Source: Candidatus Parcubacteria bacterium (GTDB lineage: Bacteria > Patescibacteriota > Minisyncoccia > UBA6257 > HR35). From it: 64,000 bases of DNA. Numbering within the stretch: position 1 is the first letter of the stretch; each line of letters begins with the position of its first letter. The stretch is from assembly GCA_026004495.1 (NCBI GenBank), contig BPJG01000001.1:277133-341132 (forward strand), in the 5' to 3' direction. This document shows, piece by piece, positions 50,174-60,768 of this stretch. The notes under the pieces are model-generated. The model ran no database searches and was not told the origin of the DNA. It was given only the letters and a program-made list of their open reading frames with translations. Made by a program: the position numbers and the translations under genes.

Positions 50174-50781
50174 TGAAAGATATTTTTTATTCATATTTAG
50201 TTAATCCTATTATTTTAATATGCTTATATATTTTTTATTTCATAAAAGATGCCGGCTTAACAATTATAATAATAACTTTTTTTTTAAAAATAACACTTTT
50301 GCCTTTAAATTATATTATTTATCAAGAAGAAGAAAAGATTAAAAAGGTTAATAAAAAAATTAATGAAACTACAAAAAACATAAAAGATTTAGTTAAAAAA
50401 TCGGAGATAATATCTAAAATTTACAAAGAAGAAGGAATATCACCCTTTAAAAATCTTTTTCTCCAATTAATAAACTTACCTATTTTGATAGCTGTTTTTA
50501 TTGCTATTCCTCAGTTTTTAAATAAAATTAATAATTATTTCTTATTTAATTTTATGAATTTAAAATCTCCTAACATTACCTTAGGATTAATAGTTTTTAT
50601 GGCTCAATTATTATTAATTTTTTTCTTAACTGCTCCTGAACAAAGAAAGATCTCCTTATTTATCTCTTCACTTCTTGCTCCAATATTTTTTATTATTCCT
50701 TCAGGTTTATTGATTTATATTTTTGCTACTATTATATTTACTCTTTTAGAGCGAAAGGTTATCTTTGTTAATAAAGTATAA
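50173..50781 (+). CDS. yidC: YidC/Oxa1-family membrane insertase (short form)
   Basis: Conserved first-transmembrane-helix motif AGLTIIIITFFLKITLLPL. Multi-transmembrane protein of 202 aa. It follows rnpA. Confidence 0.65.
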   Translation: MKDIFYSYLVNPIILICLYIFYFIKDAGLTIIIITFFLKITLLPLNYIIYQEEEKIKKVNKKINETTKNIKDLVKKSEIISKIYKEEGISPFKNLFLQLINLPILIAVFIAIPQFLNKINNYFLFNFMNLKSPNITLGLIVFMAQLLLIFFLTAPEQRKISLFISSLLAPIFFIIPSGLLIYIFATIIFTLLERKVIFVNKV

Positions 50782-51876
50782 TTTAGCATCATTTCTGTTG
50801 TAAAAAATAATCCCTAGGGGCGTTAATTTAGGTTGGATGATATCAAAATCGCCGTCTATTTTCACTACTTGGAAAAAATCTTTTTGGGGATCATAAATTA
50901 TTAAATTATCATTAAATGATGACTTTAAATAATACCAATTTTCAATTTTGTTAAACCCTTGATCTTTAGGTACACCACAAATAAGCAATTCTTCGAAGGT
51001 ACACTTTTCTTTAATCGTACCAAAGGTAAATTCTTTACTGATGACATTATTTCTTCCATCAATTAATAATGACTTCCAAGAGTTTTCAATAAATGAAGCG
51101 AAAACTAAATCATTTTTATTAGTTATAAAACTCAAATATCTTTTAGGTGGGAAAATTAATTCTATACTTTTATTCATTTTTTTTAAATAAAGAGGTGAGG
51201 CAGGTGAATATTTCAAATTTTCAGCAATTAAAATTCCGTTAGTTAAAAAATCTATGTCAGGATTAAGAATAAATATATCCATAAAACGCGTTTCATTATC
51301 TTGAAATTTTGCTAAATAACCATTAGTAGTTAATCCTGAAATAAAAAGATAGGGGGTGTTTTGATAAAAAAATACCTTTTGAGTTAAGTAATTTAAAGAA
51401 TATTTTTTATCTTTTAAACGATCAATAAGATAAAATACATTTTTAGACTTTATAAAGAATCTATCGTTATTATTTGAGGGAAATAAAGCATAGATTATAT
51501 TTTCGTCCTTATATAATTCTTTATAAGATTTATCTTCAATATTATAAGTTCTTACTGTTTTAGATTGGGGGTCATAGGCATATACTTCGGGATAATTTAT
51601 ATTTGGAGAAATTAGGGGAAAGTCAAATAATAAAATTGGCTTTTTAGTAGTTTCCGTTAGCGAGGTTGTTGATATAATGTTTTCTAGGGTTGATGTTAGT
51701 GAGGGCAAATCTCTAGACTCTTTAATAGATTCTTCTTCTTTAATAGTAGATTCAGGTTCTTCTAAAAAAATAGTTTTTTCTGGTTTTTTAATAAAATATT
51801 CCTTATAAATTAAAATAACGAAAGCAATAAAAACTATTAAACCTAAACCAATAAAGATTTTTCTAATTAAATTCAT
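50746..51876 (-). CDS. Hypothetical membrane-anchored protein (last gene of the type IV secretion-like operon)
   Basis: A 376-aa ORF with an N-terminal transmembrane helix, a Ser/Thr-rich linker, and a beta-rich C-terminal region. Lies 6 nt downstream of the preceding gene. Confidence 0.45.
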   Translation of the reverse strand: MNLIRKIFIGLGLIVFIAFVILIYKEYFIKKPEKTIFLEEPESTIKEEESIKESRDLPSLTSTLENIISTTSLTETTKKPILLFDFPLISPNINYPEVYAYDPQSKTVRTYNIEDKSYKELYKDENIIYALFPSNNNDRFFIKSKNVFYLIDRLKDKKYSLNYLTQKVFFYQNTPYLFISGLTTNGYLAKFQDNETRFMDIFILNPDIDFLTNGILIAENLKYSPASPLYLKKMNKSIELIFPPKRYLSFITNKNDLVFASFIENSWKSLLIDGRNNVISKEFTFGTIKEKCTFEELLICGVPKDQGFNKIENWYYLKSSFNDNLIIYDPQKDFFQVVKIDGDFDIIQPKLTPLGIIFYNRNDAKLYFINKDNLSL

Positions 51877-51881
51877 TTAAA

Positions 51882-52520
51882 TTATTTTCTTAATTTTTTA
51901 ATTATTATAAAGCTTAATAAAGCTATAGTTAATAGCGATAACGCTGTTAAAATAATAATTTGGAAAAAATAATTTTGGGGTGGCGTAATTGTTGATATTG
52001 ATTGGGTCGATATATTATCGGTGTCTTGTTGAATAAATGTAGTTTGGGGATAATTAATGTTTTTAATATTTGGACAATCTAAGGGACACTTTTCCTCTTC
52101 TCCAGCTTCACATATATTGTTTTCGTTACAAACACTTATTGGCGATAAATCTAATTCTTCTTTTTTATTTTCTAACAAATTCTCTAATTCAACATAACCA
52201 AAATTAGAATAATTAGGTATGGCTATTATTTCAAAATTAGCCTCATTAGAAGGATTAAAAGTAGTTTCTTCAATTAAATTTCCTTTAATTGAAAAAACTT
52301 TTAATTTATAATTTCCGTTATCTGTTCTAATAATGGTTTCTTGGTTTTTATCTTTTGAAAAATCAATTGGTTTCTGATAATTAATTGAGATTTCATTCTG
52401 GTTTTTAATAAGATAAATTAAAATAAAATTATTATTTATTTCTTTTTCTTCTTCATTTAATATATAATCATCAGTCTCTAAATCTTCGGGCAAAATTGTT
52501 AATAGTTTATAATTTTCCAT
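51882..52520 (-). CDS. Hypothetical protein with a Cys-rich segment and a C-terminal transmembrane anchor
   Basis: A 212-aa ORF containing CNENNICEAGEEEKCPLDCPN and a C-terminal hydrophobic helix. Confidence 0.45.
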   Translation of the reverse strand: MENYKLLTILPEDLETDDYILNEEEKEINNNFILIYLIKNQNEISINYQKPIDFSKDKNQETIIRTDNGNYKLKVFSIKGNLIEETTFNPSNEANFEIIAIPNYSNFGYVELENLLENKKEELDLSPISVCNENNICEAGEEEKCPLDCPNIKNINYPQTTFIQQDTDNISTQSISTITPPQNYFFQIIILTALSLLTIALLSFIIIKKLRK

Positions 52521-52537
52521 TATTATAATTTTATATC

Positions 52538-53668
52538 TTATTTTTGATTTAATTTAATGTTGCCAATAATACAGACCTTAGCATAATCAGATTTTTTTTG
52601 ACCAAAACTATCTATCGCTTCTTTACCTATGCCAGCATAAAGATCTAACCATTTATCTTTTCCCCATATTTTGCCGCCTGAACCTGTATCAGTTATTATA
52701 AAAACATTATCTTTTATACCACAACTTACAGATTCGTATTCACCCCCCCCCTTTTTTCTTAAGCAGTCTATTATTTTAACTGCTTGATATTCACCATTTA
52801 CTGACCCTTTAAATACTGTACTTTCATTATCTCTGGCGGCTGTTTGACCGGGAATTACTGGTCCATAAGCTCCTCTAATATAATCATTAATTTCTGTTGA
52901 ACTGCTGATAATTAAATTTTCTGTAGTTGTTACATTTAAGGCACCTTCATAATGTTTTACTGATTCTTTTTGACTAGTTTCTGCTTTTGGGCAATTTTTT
53001 GTTCCTCTTCCTTCCATTTTAACCCAAGTAAATACCCAACCATCTTTGCACTTATCTAATTTTTTGCCAGACAACTTAGCAGTTTCAAGAATACCTTTGG
53101 CATTTAAAGGAGTTAAAATGCTTACAGTACCAGATGTTGTATTAATAATTCCCTTTCCTTGCATTGTTATATCTGATAAAAACTTATGTTTATTTGGTTC
53201 CTGTGGTAAGACAGGTGTATAATATTGAGTTGTTCTTATAGTTATAGGATTATTTATACAGGTTCGCTGAGATAAATCTTGTAATACTTTTTCATCTATA
53301 TTAGCAAGAGAAATATTAAAATTATTCCCGTTGATATTTAAATTTTGATTGTTTATAGTAAAATTGACTTTAATTACGTTGGTAGTTATTCTATAAACAA
53401 CAATTCGAGGATCAAAAATAAAAGGATTAATCCAATAAAGAATAGATCCTGAAACAAAAATAACAACTAAACCAATAATAGCGTTTCGCATCATACTTTT
53501 GCCCTCCATCTTAACATCAGGCACAACACTTAATAAATTCTTAAAAGCACCAAAAAGAAACATAAAAAAAGCCAACATTACAGCTAAAGCAACACCTAAA
53601 TTATATAAGCCCTGAAGACAGCTTTGAATAGAGTAACAATAAGAGTTAATAAATTCTTGGGGGTTCAT
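52538..53668 (-). CDS. Pilin-like two-helix N-terminus fused to a 3D-domain (lytic transglycosylase-like) C-terminus
   Basis: N-terminus: a Cys pair (SYCYSIQSC), then the hairpin GVALAVMLAFFMFLFGAF...AIIGLVVIFVSGSILYWINPF, matching the pattern of the 17201-21321 array. C-terminus: FIITDTGSGGKIWGKDKWLDLYAGIG resembles the 3D/MltA core (DTGGAI.G..IDLF). Confidence 0.55.
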   Translation of the reverse strand: MNPQEFINSYCYSIQSCLQGLYNLGVALAVMLAFFMFLFGAFKNLLSVVPDVKMEGKSMMRNAIIGLVVIFVSGSILYWINPFIFDPRIVVYRITTNVIKVNFTINNQNLNINGNNFNISLANIDEKVLQDLSQRTCINNPITIRTTQYYTPVLPQEPNKHKFLSDITMQGKGIINTTSGTVSILTPLNAKGILETAKLSGKKLDKCKDGWVFTWVKMEGRGTKNCPKAETSQKESVKHYEGALNVTTTENLIISSSTEINDYIRGAYGPVIPGQTAARDNESTVFKGSVNGEYQAVKIIDCLRKKGGGEYESVSCGIKDNVFIITDTGSGGKIWGKDKWLDLYAGIGKEAIDSFGQKKSDYAKVCIIGNIKLNQK

Positions 53669-54300
53669 TTTTTAATCATTATTTGATCAGAGGCTAATTC
53701 TTGGGAATTATCCAGATTATAAACCCTTAAATTTATCTTAATTTCTCCAGTTAAAGAACTTATATCCAATAGAAAAGTATTATAGTAATTAGTTTCATTC
53801 ACAGTCCAGACGTAAGCTAAATTATTAGAGGAAAAATTGTAAACTAATGGATAGAGTACTTCAGTTTTATTTAAATTATTTTCAGTTAATGGTAAGGCTA
53901 AGTTGTTATTTTTATCATATTTAGCAATTACAACTCGCGGAAGCTGTTTATTAGTAAAATAAAAATGCTTCTCTATCTCATAATTAAAATTTTTAGGGCT
54001 AAGAGTAACTATGCCTGATAATTTATTATTTATTTCTGGGATAAATAAAAAAGGTTTGTATGTTTTAATTTTTTCGTAATTATCACCTAAATCCACCTTC
54101 CATTCATATGACAATTCTTCGCTTGAATATTTTTTACCATTTATTAATATATAACCCTCAAGCCCAATTAACAATTCTTCTCTATTTTTTTTAAATGAAA
54201 AATATAAATTACTATCATCAACTTGATCTTGAGATTTTGCCTTTTGATAATTAATTAAAAATATAATTAAAAAAAATAAGAAAATTAATCTTTTAATCAT
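53665..54300 (-). CDS. Hypothetical secreted protein
   Basis: A 211-aa ORF with a signal peptide. It overlaps both neighbouring genes (4 and 8 nt), indicating operon coupling. Confidence 0.45.
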   Translation of the reverse strand: MIKRLIFLFFLIIFLINYQKAKSQDQVDDSNLYFSFKKNREELLIGLEGYILINGKKYSSEELSYEWKVDLGDNYEKIKTYKPFLFIPEINNKLSGIVTLSPKNFNYEIEKHFYFTNKQLPRVVIAKYDKNNNLALPLTENNLNKTEVLYPLVYNFSSNNLAYVWTVNETNYYNTFLLDISSLTGEIKINLRVYNLDNSQELASDQIMIKK

Positions 54301-54799
54301 TATTATATTTATAAGCTAAAATTTTAGGATAGATATAAAATAAAAATACAACTGATAAGGTTTCAATTGGTAGAGCATCAATAATCGCGCCAATAATAGG
54401 AATCAATTTAGTGGCGATAGAAACACTTAAAATAGATCTTATTATTCTGATAATTTTTTTGGCGTTATTTTTTATATCTTCAATATTCTTTTTAGCCAAT
54501 TTTCTTGCTCCATAATAAGAATAATCAAATTTATTGCTTTCTATCCAAAACCAAATTAAATAAGCAATATAAATTAAGCTTCCTATTATTCTTAATATCC
54601 AACCTACAATTCCTATGCTGGCTAAATCAATTAAACCAAAAATTATTCCTAGGACATCAACAAATAAAGCAAAAATTAATAAAATAAAAACACCACCATT
54701 ACCCCAAAACCAACCAACCTCTTCTTGGCTTTTAGGCAATTCATTTAAATAGTCTTTAACATTATTATTATTATTATTATTTGAATGAATAACTTCCAT
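54293..54799 (-). CDS. Small polytopic membrane protein (poly-Asn N-terminus, about 4 transmembrane helices)
   Basis: A 168-aa protein. The N-terminus has a run of seven consecutive Asn. Multiple hydrophobic helices follow. It lies immediately downstream of the VirB4-like gene. Confidence 0.45.
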   Translation of the reverse strand: MEVIHSNNNNNNNVKDYLNELPKSQEEVGWFWGNGGVFILLIFALFVDVLGIIFGLIDLASIGIVGWILRIIGSLIYIAYLIWFWIESNKFDYSYYGARKLAKKNIEDIKNNAKKIIRIIRSILSVSIATKLIPIIGAIIDALPIETLSVVFLFYIYPKILAYKYNND

Positions 54800-56590
54800 T
54801 TATTCTAAGGCTCTTTTAATAGCCAATAATTGTTCCGGCGTTGATTTAATAATTTGATCTTCGGCATATGAACCCAAAACATAAAGAGGAATTCTTTTAA
54901 ATCCAGCAATTAAAATACCTTTTCCTCTTTCTGATTGAAGCAGGAACATTTTTTCTCCTTCTGATAAGGAAAATACTTGTCCAATTAAATTAATAGTTGC
55001 TGGCGATTGTTTCATTAGAAAAACTATAGCAGCATTGGTAATAATAGGTTTGCCATAGGGAGAATTTAAAAAATCTTCAACATCTTGAGTAATAGTTGTG
55101 ATGGCTAATAAATACTTCCTGCCTCTTTTAATAGCATTAAGCAAAAAATTGGCCCCTGATTCATTTTTCATAATCCACCAAGCCTCATCTAAAATAACTA
55201 TTCTTTTTTTTCTTTGCCTTCTTATTTTATTCATTAAATCATTTAGAACCATATACATTCCTATTGGTCGTAATTCATCTTTTAAATCTCGAAAACCAAA
55301 AACAACTATTCTTTTTTCTAAATTAACATTTGTTTGTTGGTTAAGAAAACCGGAATAATTTCCTTGAGTATAAGGGTATAATTTTTCAGCTATATGTTTT
55401 CCTCCTTCAATACTCATCAAAACCCTCTCAAAGTCATTTAAGGTCGGAAATATTTCTATTTTAGCAAAATCAGAATCGGGAAAAATGTTAAAAGAAGTGT
55501 ATGTTTGACTTAAGGCTCTATCAACAATAGTAAGCTCTTCTGCAGTAAATTTATCGCCAATAATTATTTCCAGCAAACCTATAATATCAGCAATTTTTTC
55601 TTTATAAACCTCAGCTGGATCTTCGTTAGGTAAGGGAATTGGTAAATCTAAAGGATTAATTTTGTATTCAGATTTTAACGAAATAGGAATAAATGAGCCT
55701 CCGTAAATTTCAGCTATTGATTGATATTCATTTTCAGGATCCAAAACAATCACTTCCTGATTCATCATTAAACTCCTCATTATTTCTAACTTAGCTGTAT
55801 AACTTTTACCTGAACCAGAACGAGCAAAAATAACCATATGAGCATTTTCAAAGGCAAATCTATCAAATATAACTAAAGAATTATCGGCTAAATTTATTCC
55901 TAATAGAATACCATTTTCCATTGATAATTCGGAAGAAATAAAAGGAAAAAATGAACTGGCTGTTGAAGAGTTCATTAAATAGTTAACATTAAGCTCATCT
56001 AAGCATAGAGGCAGGGTAGAATTAAAAGCCTCTTGTTGTTCAAATACAACTGGCTTAGCTAAAATTAAACTACTCTCTAAAATTTTTAAAATCTTTTTTT
56101 CTTTTATTGATAATTCCTCCGTATTATCAGAAAAAATAGTTAAATAGACACCAACGTTTAAAATTTTTTCTGTACCTTGAACAATGGCATCTCTTAAAAA
56201 TTCAATATTTTGATAAGCGGTTTCTAATTCAGGAGATCTAGCCATTCCTCTTTCTTGTCGTTCATTAATTTGACTTTCTATTCTTAAAAGTTGTTTTTCC
56301 AATTGTTTTAAGATAGTAGAAGCATCACGAGGAATAAAAAATAAGGATAAATTAAAAATTTCTTCTAGAGAAATAATTTTTTCTAACCAGCCAGCAAATA
56401 AAAATTTAGGATAATTAATAATAATTAAAGTTTTTGCGTAAATCTCTCCTATTTGGAAATCAGAGACATTAAAAATTACGCCCGGCGGAGCAATTATATT
56501 TTTTATTTGATTAAATTTATTATCCTCTTTATTTTCCTGATTTTGTTGATTGTTCTTTATTTTTTTAATAAAAGGAAAATTTAATTTCAT
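54800..56590 (-). CDS. VirB4/TraC/TrbE-like type IV secretion ATPase (AAA_10 / DUF87-type)
   Basis: Walker A VIFARSGSGKSYTAK. Walker B RIVILDEAWWIM; the DEAW motif is characteristic of VirB4-family ATPases. Total 596 aa. Confidence 0.7.
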   Translation of the reverse strand: MKLNFPFIKKIKNNQQNQENKEDNKFNQIKNIIAPPGVIFNVSDFQIGEIYAKTLIIINYPKFLFAGWLEKIISLEEIFNLSLFFIPRDASTILKQLEKQLLRIESQINERQERGMARSPELETAYQNIEFLRDAIVQGTEKILNVGVYLTIFSDNTEELSIKEKKILKILESSLILAKPVVFEQQEAFNSTLPLCLDELNVNYLMNSSTASSFFPFISSELSMENGILLGINLADNSLVIFDRFAFENAHMVIFARSGSGKSYTAKLEIMRSLMMNQEVIVLDPENEYQSIAEIYGGSFIPISLKSEYKINPLDLPIPLPNEDPAEVYKEKIADIIGLLEIIIGDKFTAEELTIVDRALSQTYTSFNIFPDSDFAKIEIFPTLNDFERVLMSIEGGKHIAEKLYPYTQGNYSGFLNQQTNVNLEKRIVVFGFRDLKDELRPIGMYMVLNDLMNKIRRQRKKRIVILDEAWWIMKNESGANFLLNAIKRGRKYLLAITTITQDVEDFLNSPYGKPIITNAAIVFLMKQSPATINLIGQVFSLSEGEKMFLLQSERGKGILIAGFKRIPLYVLGSYAEDQIIKSTPEQLLAIKRALE

Positions 56591-57217
56591 TTATAAATTA
56601 TTGATTAATTCTTCAAATATATTTAATGGTGCCATTCCCCATCGCAAATTAGGATTATATAATTCATAAAATAATTGTAATATTTCGCCTGTTTTTAACC
56701 TAATAGGAATTAGGCCCGTAATTGATAGTTTTTCTGAAATATAAGAAACTCTGGTTTCTAGTTGTTCTAATTTTTGTCTATAATTTTCATCCTTTTTATA
56801 ATCTTTTTTACCAAACTTACCTCCAATTGAAACAACTTCACTTTGATAAGGAATAATCAAATAAAAAATTTTCTTCATAACATTATGGGTCTCAATATAA
56901 TCCTTTATAAATTTAATATACTCTTCTAATTGAACTTTTATTAATGGTTCTGTTTCTTCTTCTAGTCTTTCTTTTAGAGTATTAAGATATTTTTCAATAT
57001 AAGCCAATCTAGAAATAACTAATATTTGTAAGTTAAAATCAATCCCATCTAAAATTTCTTTAAAATTACCAATAGTAATTTCTCTTTCTTTTTCTCCTAA
57101 AATATTAAAATTTATACCTGGAACAACTAAAATTGCCCTTAAACTACCATCTTCCATTATAATTATGTCATCTCGAATATCTTCTATTTTTATTAAATTA
57201 GTTGTTAAATCACTCAT
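56591..57217 (-). CDS. Hypothetical soluble protein (operon member)
   Basis: A 208-aa ORF directly abutting both neighbouring genes. Confidence 0.45.
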   Translation of the reverse strand: MSDLTTNLIKIEDIRDDIIIMEDGSLRAILVVPGINFNILGEKEREITIGNFKEILDGIDFNLQILVISRLAYIEKYLNTLKERLEEETEPLIKVQLEEYIKFIKDYIETHNVMKKIFYLIIPYQSEVVSIGGKFGKKDYKKDENYRQKLEQLETRVSYISEKLSITGLIPIRLKTGEILQLFYELYNPNLRWGMAPLNIFEELINNL

Positions 57218-57724
57218 TTATTTTTTAGGCAATTTGGGAATAGGAAAATTGATATAAGGATCTTGAGGATTATAACCATGTTTATGAGCATATTGAATTA
57301 ATTTTGAAAAATGAATTTTTTTAACCTCTTTTTCGATATCTAACTTCTGATTATTCAATTCTTGTTCTAATAACTTAAAATATTTTTGAACCTCTGGTAC
57401 CTTAATAACGTTTTTCATTATTTGAAAATTTCCCCTCCAAATAAATCTTCTATTGGAAATTAATATTTTTATCAATTTTGGCAAAAAACTTATAATATAC
57501 TTATTATTAATTTTAAGCCATCCTAAAATAATAGCTAAAAAAAAACTTATAAATAATACAATTATGGCAATTAAACCAGGCAAAAGTTTATAAGCTGCGT
57601 AAGAAACTAAAAAAGCGCCAAAAAGTAAAAATAATTGCTTTAATGTAATTCCTACGGGTCCAATTAAAATTTTATCTTCAACCGTGATAAATTGTGGAAC
57701 ATTGAATCTCATTTTTAATTTCAA
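57218..57724 (-). CDS. Two-helix membrane protein, putative VirB3 / TcpE / PrgI-like
   Basis: A 168-aa protein with two adjacent hydrophobic helices near the N-terminus. It lies upstream of the VirB4-like ATPase, the usual position of VirB3. Confidence 0.35.
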   Translation of the reverse strand: MKLKMRFNVPQFITVEDKILIGPVGITLKQLFLLFGAFLVSYAAYKLLPGLIAIIVLFISFFLAIILGWLKINNKYIISFLPKLIKILISNRRFIWRGNFQIMKNVIKVPEVQKYFKLLEQELNNQKLDIEKEVKKIHFSKLIQYAHKHGYNPQDPYINFPIPKLPKK

Positions 57725-57739
57725 AATTAAATTATAATT

Positions 57740-58531
57740 TTAATATTGAGATAAATCAATTATTCCTTCTTCTGGCGGTGATTTTTTCTGTTGTTTAATT
57801 ATTATTATTGATGATTTATCTTCACTTTCTTTTTTAAGTTTTTCCATTTCTTCTTTTGAGGATTGAGTATTGGTTTTTAACCCCTCTTCTTTTAATTGAG
57901 GAATATTAAATGTTAATTTTTCTTCGTCTTTATCCTTGCCTAATTCATCAATTGATTCCTTAAATAATTTTTTAATAGATTCTTTATTTGAGGATTCCAG
58001 ACCTTCTGTTTTTAATTTAGGGATTTCAATTTTAATAGTTTTTACCTCATCTGGTTTTTGAATATTAATTGCCGAAACAATATTTTCTTTTTCTTTTCTA
58101 GGTGGAATTACTTTTTGAAGATTTAAAATTTTCCCAGGTTTTGTTTTTGCTTTAATCTCTTGAATTCTTTTAAGTAAATTGGCAATTTCAGGAGGGGAAG
58201 ATTTAATTTCTTTAGTTTCTTTTTCTTTTTGCCATAAAATATTTATTTTAGGAATAAATTGAGAAAATAAAATATAAGCCATTTGATTAGCATCATTTTC
58301 ATTAAGACTTAATCTTTTTATAATTTCATCTTTAAGTTCCATAATACTTTTAGGTTCAAAAACTTTAAAAATTAAATCCTGAAGAAGATAAATAAAATCA
58401 ATCTCTTTATTTTCATTAATTTCAAATTTTTTTAAATATTCTTCTAAATAATCATAATATTCATTAGAATAAATAAAATTTCTAACATTCGTTGGAGAAT
58501 TAATATAATTATGACTAAAACTAACTGTCAT
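57740..58531 (-). CDS. Hypothetical Lys/Glu-rich protein with an internal repeat
   Basis: A 263-aa ORF. It contains the repeated segments IPKLKTEGLESSNKESIKKLFKES and IPQLKEEGLKTNTQSSKEEMEKLKKES. Confidence 0.45.
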   Translation of the reverse strand: MTVSFSHNYINSPTNVRNFIYSNEYYDYLEEYLKKFEINENKEIDFIYLLQDLIFKVFEPKSIMELKDEIIKRLSLNENDANQMAYILFSQFIPKINILWQKEKETKEIKSSPPEIANLLKRIQEIKAKTKPGKILNLQKVIPPRKEKENIVSAINIQKPDEVKTIKIEIPKLKTEGLESSNKESIKKLFKESIDELGKDKDEEKLTFNIPQLKEEGLKTNTQSSKEEMEKLKKESEDKSSIIIIKQQKKSPPEEGIIDLSQY

Positions 58532-58620
58532 TATATAATATTATTATAAATTTATTTTTTCTTTTTAATCAAAAAATATTGGTGCTTTTAGTCGTTTTAT
58601 GTTTTTATTATTTGATTATA

Positions 58621-60768
58621 TTATTGATTATTATTATTTGTTTCTTCATTTTTTTCTATAGTACTTGTGCTTGGTTTCTCAACTGGTCTTGTTTGAAGTG
58701 CTGATTGAAGTTGAGATATTAATTTATTTAATTCTTCAGAGGGTACATCTTTTATATCTACTTGAATATTTAAATTATTCATTATTTCACTTAATTCATT
58801 TCTTAATCTATCTGCAGTTAATGACATTACATCTAAGCCACCGGTTATATATCTTTGTAAATAAGCTTCTAATATTTGTTCTCTTTCTCTTTCGGCTTCT
58901 ATTAATTGTCTTAAAATATTATCCATAATTTCATTAAATACTCTATAATGAGGAGTTTTCTTTATAGTATTTTCTTCACTCTGAAGAATGGTTTCTAATC
59001 CCCACTCTCTTATTTTTTTAATATTATTAGGATCGGAAAAGAAATTAATTTTTCCTCCCCGCGTCATATTATTGATTAAAAATTGAACCAATTCTCCTCT
59101 TTCTTTTTCTTGAATTTGAAGTAATCTTTCTAAATCTTCTAAGGTAACTCTATTGAAATCTAGACTGGATGCTAATTTTTGCATTGCTGTTCTTTTATCT
59201 CCCCTGGCTACATCATCAAAAGAGCATTTAACTCTTTGGCAAATAATTTTTCTTGCCTTAATATCATTTTGGAGTTCAGGTGATTGACTATAAATTTTAA
59301 ATATTTCATCTGGTGATTTATCTCTACTTACAAGCCGGGTAAAATTATATAAATCTTCACCCTTTAATTTTTTTATAGCTTCAGCAATTTCATTTAAGTT
59401 TTTATATTTATAGACTTCCCACATAGCTTCAATTGCCTCCTTACTTCTTTCTTTTACTGGTTTTTGCATTCTTTCTCCTGTTCCCCTTATCCTTTTAGCT
59501 ATCAATGCCCAAGTCGGACCTCGCTCGGCAACTGTATTAGCAATTTTATTTAATTTTTCACCTAATCCATAAAGAGGTTTTCTAGCTAATGATTTTCCTC
59601 CTTCAGCTATTAAGGAACCTGTTTTAAGCCAAGTCCATTTAGTAAAATCATAACCAGCCTTTGAGAATCTTCCGCCTAATCTCAGGGCTAATATTGTGAC
59701 TATTAAATAATAAATTATAATAATTAAGATTCTACTAGAATAAACAAAAGCTGGAGCCAAAAGAGAAATTAATGCTCCAATACCTGTTGTTGGTTGATTT
59801 TTAGTACTATCTTGAATATCACTTATCATAAAAATATCATTAATAATTTGATTAGCGCCAGCAGTTGAGGCAAAAAGAAAAATTCCTATTGAAACTAATA
59901 AAATTAAAATCAAAATATTTATATTCCAGGTAAAAAATGTTTGCCACCATTGATCAAAATATCTTTTTTGATTAGGCAGAATATAAGCTATACAAGCTAG
60001 GGGAAGTAAACCAACTAAAAAGGAGATAATAAAGAATTTTCCTACGGCAATACCGGCAAACATAGCCATTATTACTGATCCAATAAAACTCATAAGTAGA
60101 AGAAATAAATTAAAAGCTAAATCAGTGACAACTTTCGTCATATCTATTTGTTCTCCTGTAAGATTTATATTTGATATCTGTTCGTTAATTTGGTTCCCTA
60201 TCTCTTTAGCTTTATCACCAATAAGCAGAGCCATTGAAAGGTATAAAGTGTTACCAAAATCGGTTTGATAAATATTATTATCCTTAGTTGAAACTTCACC
60301 TACAATTTGAATAACAGCTTTAGTAAGGTGCCAAAAGAAAGAAAAAAATTCTTTAGCCAAAACAAAAGTAAAATTAATAAGAAAAGCAACTATTAAAATT
60401 CCGATTAATAATCTTCGAGCTTCATCTTCTTTATTTAAAATAAATTGTAAGCCAGCATATAGACTTAGAAAAATTAAAACTACATAAGCAATATTTTTAA
60501 AAAATTCCCATAAAATAGGTGCAACTGTTAAATGGCTAAAAGGATTAAGAAGAATAAAAGTGTTAATAATAAATGCTGAAAGTTGAGCAATGGCATCAAA
60601 AAATAATTTTACAGCTGGAAGAATAAATCCTAAGATGTAATTTATTAAAGTCAATAAAAACTCAGTGATTTTGCCCCCAAAGTACCAAAAAGCTCCTACT
60701 AATAAAGCTCCAGCAAGCAATGGTATAATAGCACCTCTTTGAGATAAATGCATTTTATTTAATTTCAA
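58621..60768 (-). CDS. Large polytopic membrane protein, putative VirB6/TrbL-like channel component with a cytoplasmic C-terminal domain
   Basis: A 715-aa protein. About 8 hydrophobic helices fill the first 420 aa. A charged, coiled-coil-like C-terminus follows. Its start overlaps the upstream giant ORF by 14 nt. Confidence 0.45.
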   Translation of the reverse strand: MKLNKMHLSQRGAIIPLLAGALLVGAFWYFGGKITEFLLTLINYILGFILPAVKLFFDAIAQLSAFIINTFILLNPFSHLTVAPILWEFFKNIAYVVLIFLSLYAGLQFILNKEDEARRLLIGILIVAFLINFTFVLAKEFFSFFWHLTKAVIQIVGEVSTKDNNIYQTDFGNTLYLSMALLIGDKAKEIGNQINEQISNINLTGEQIDMTKVVTDLAFNLFLLLMSFIGSVIMAMFAGIAVGKFFIISFLVGLLPLACIAYILPNQKRYFDQWWQTFFTWNINILILILLVSIGIFLFASTAGANQIINDIFMISDIQDSTKNQPTTGIGALISLLAPAFVYSSRILIIIIYYLIVTILALRLGGRFSKAGYDFTKWTWLKTGSLIAEGGKSLARKPLYGLGEKLNKIANTVAERGPTWALIAKRIRGTGERMQKPVKERSKEAIEAMWEVYKYKNLNEIAEAIKKLKGEDLYNFTRLVSRDKSPDEIFKIYSQSPELQNDIKARKIICQRVKCSFDDVARGDKRTAMQKLASSLDFNRVTLEDLERLLQIQEKERGELVQFLINNMTRGGKINFFSDPNNIKKIREWGLETILQSEENTIKKTPHYRVFNEIMDNILRQLIEAEREREQILEAYLQRYITGGLDVMSLTADRLRNELSEIMNNLNIQVDIKDVPSEELNKLISQLQSALQTRPVEKPSTSTIEKNEETNNNNQ

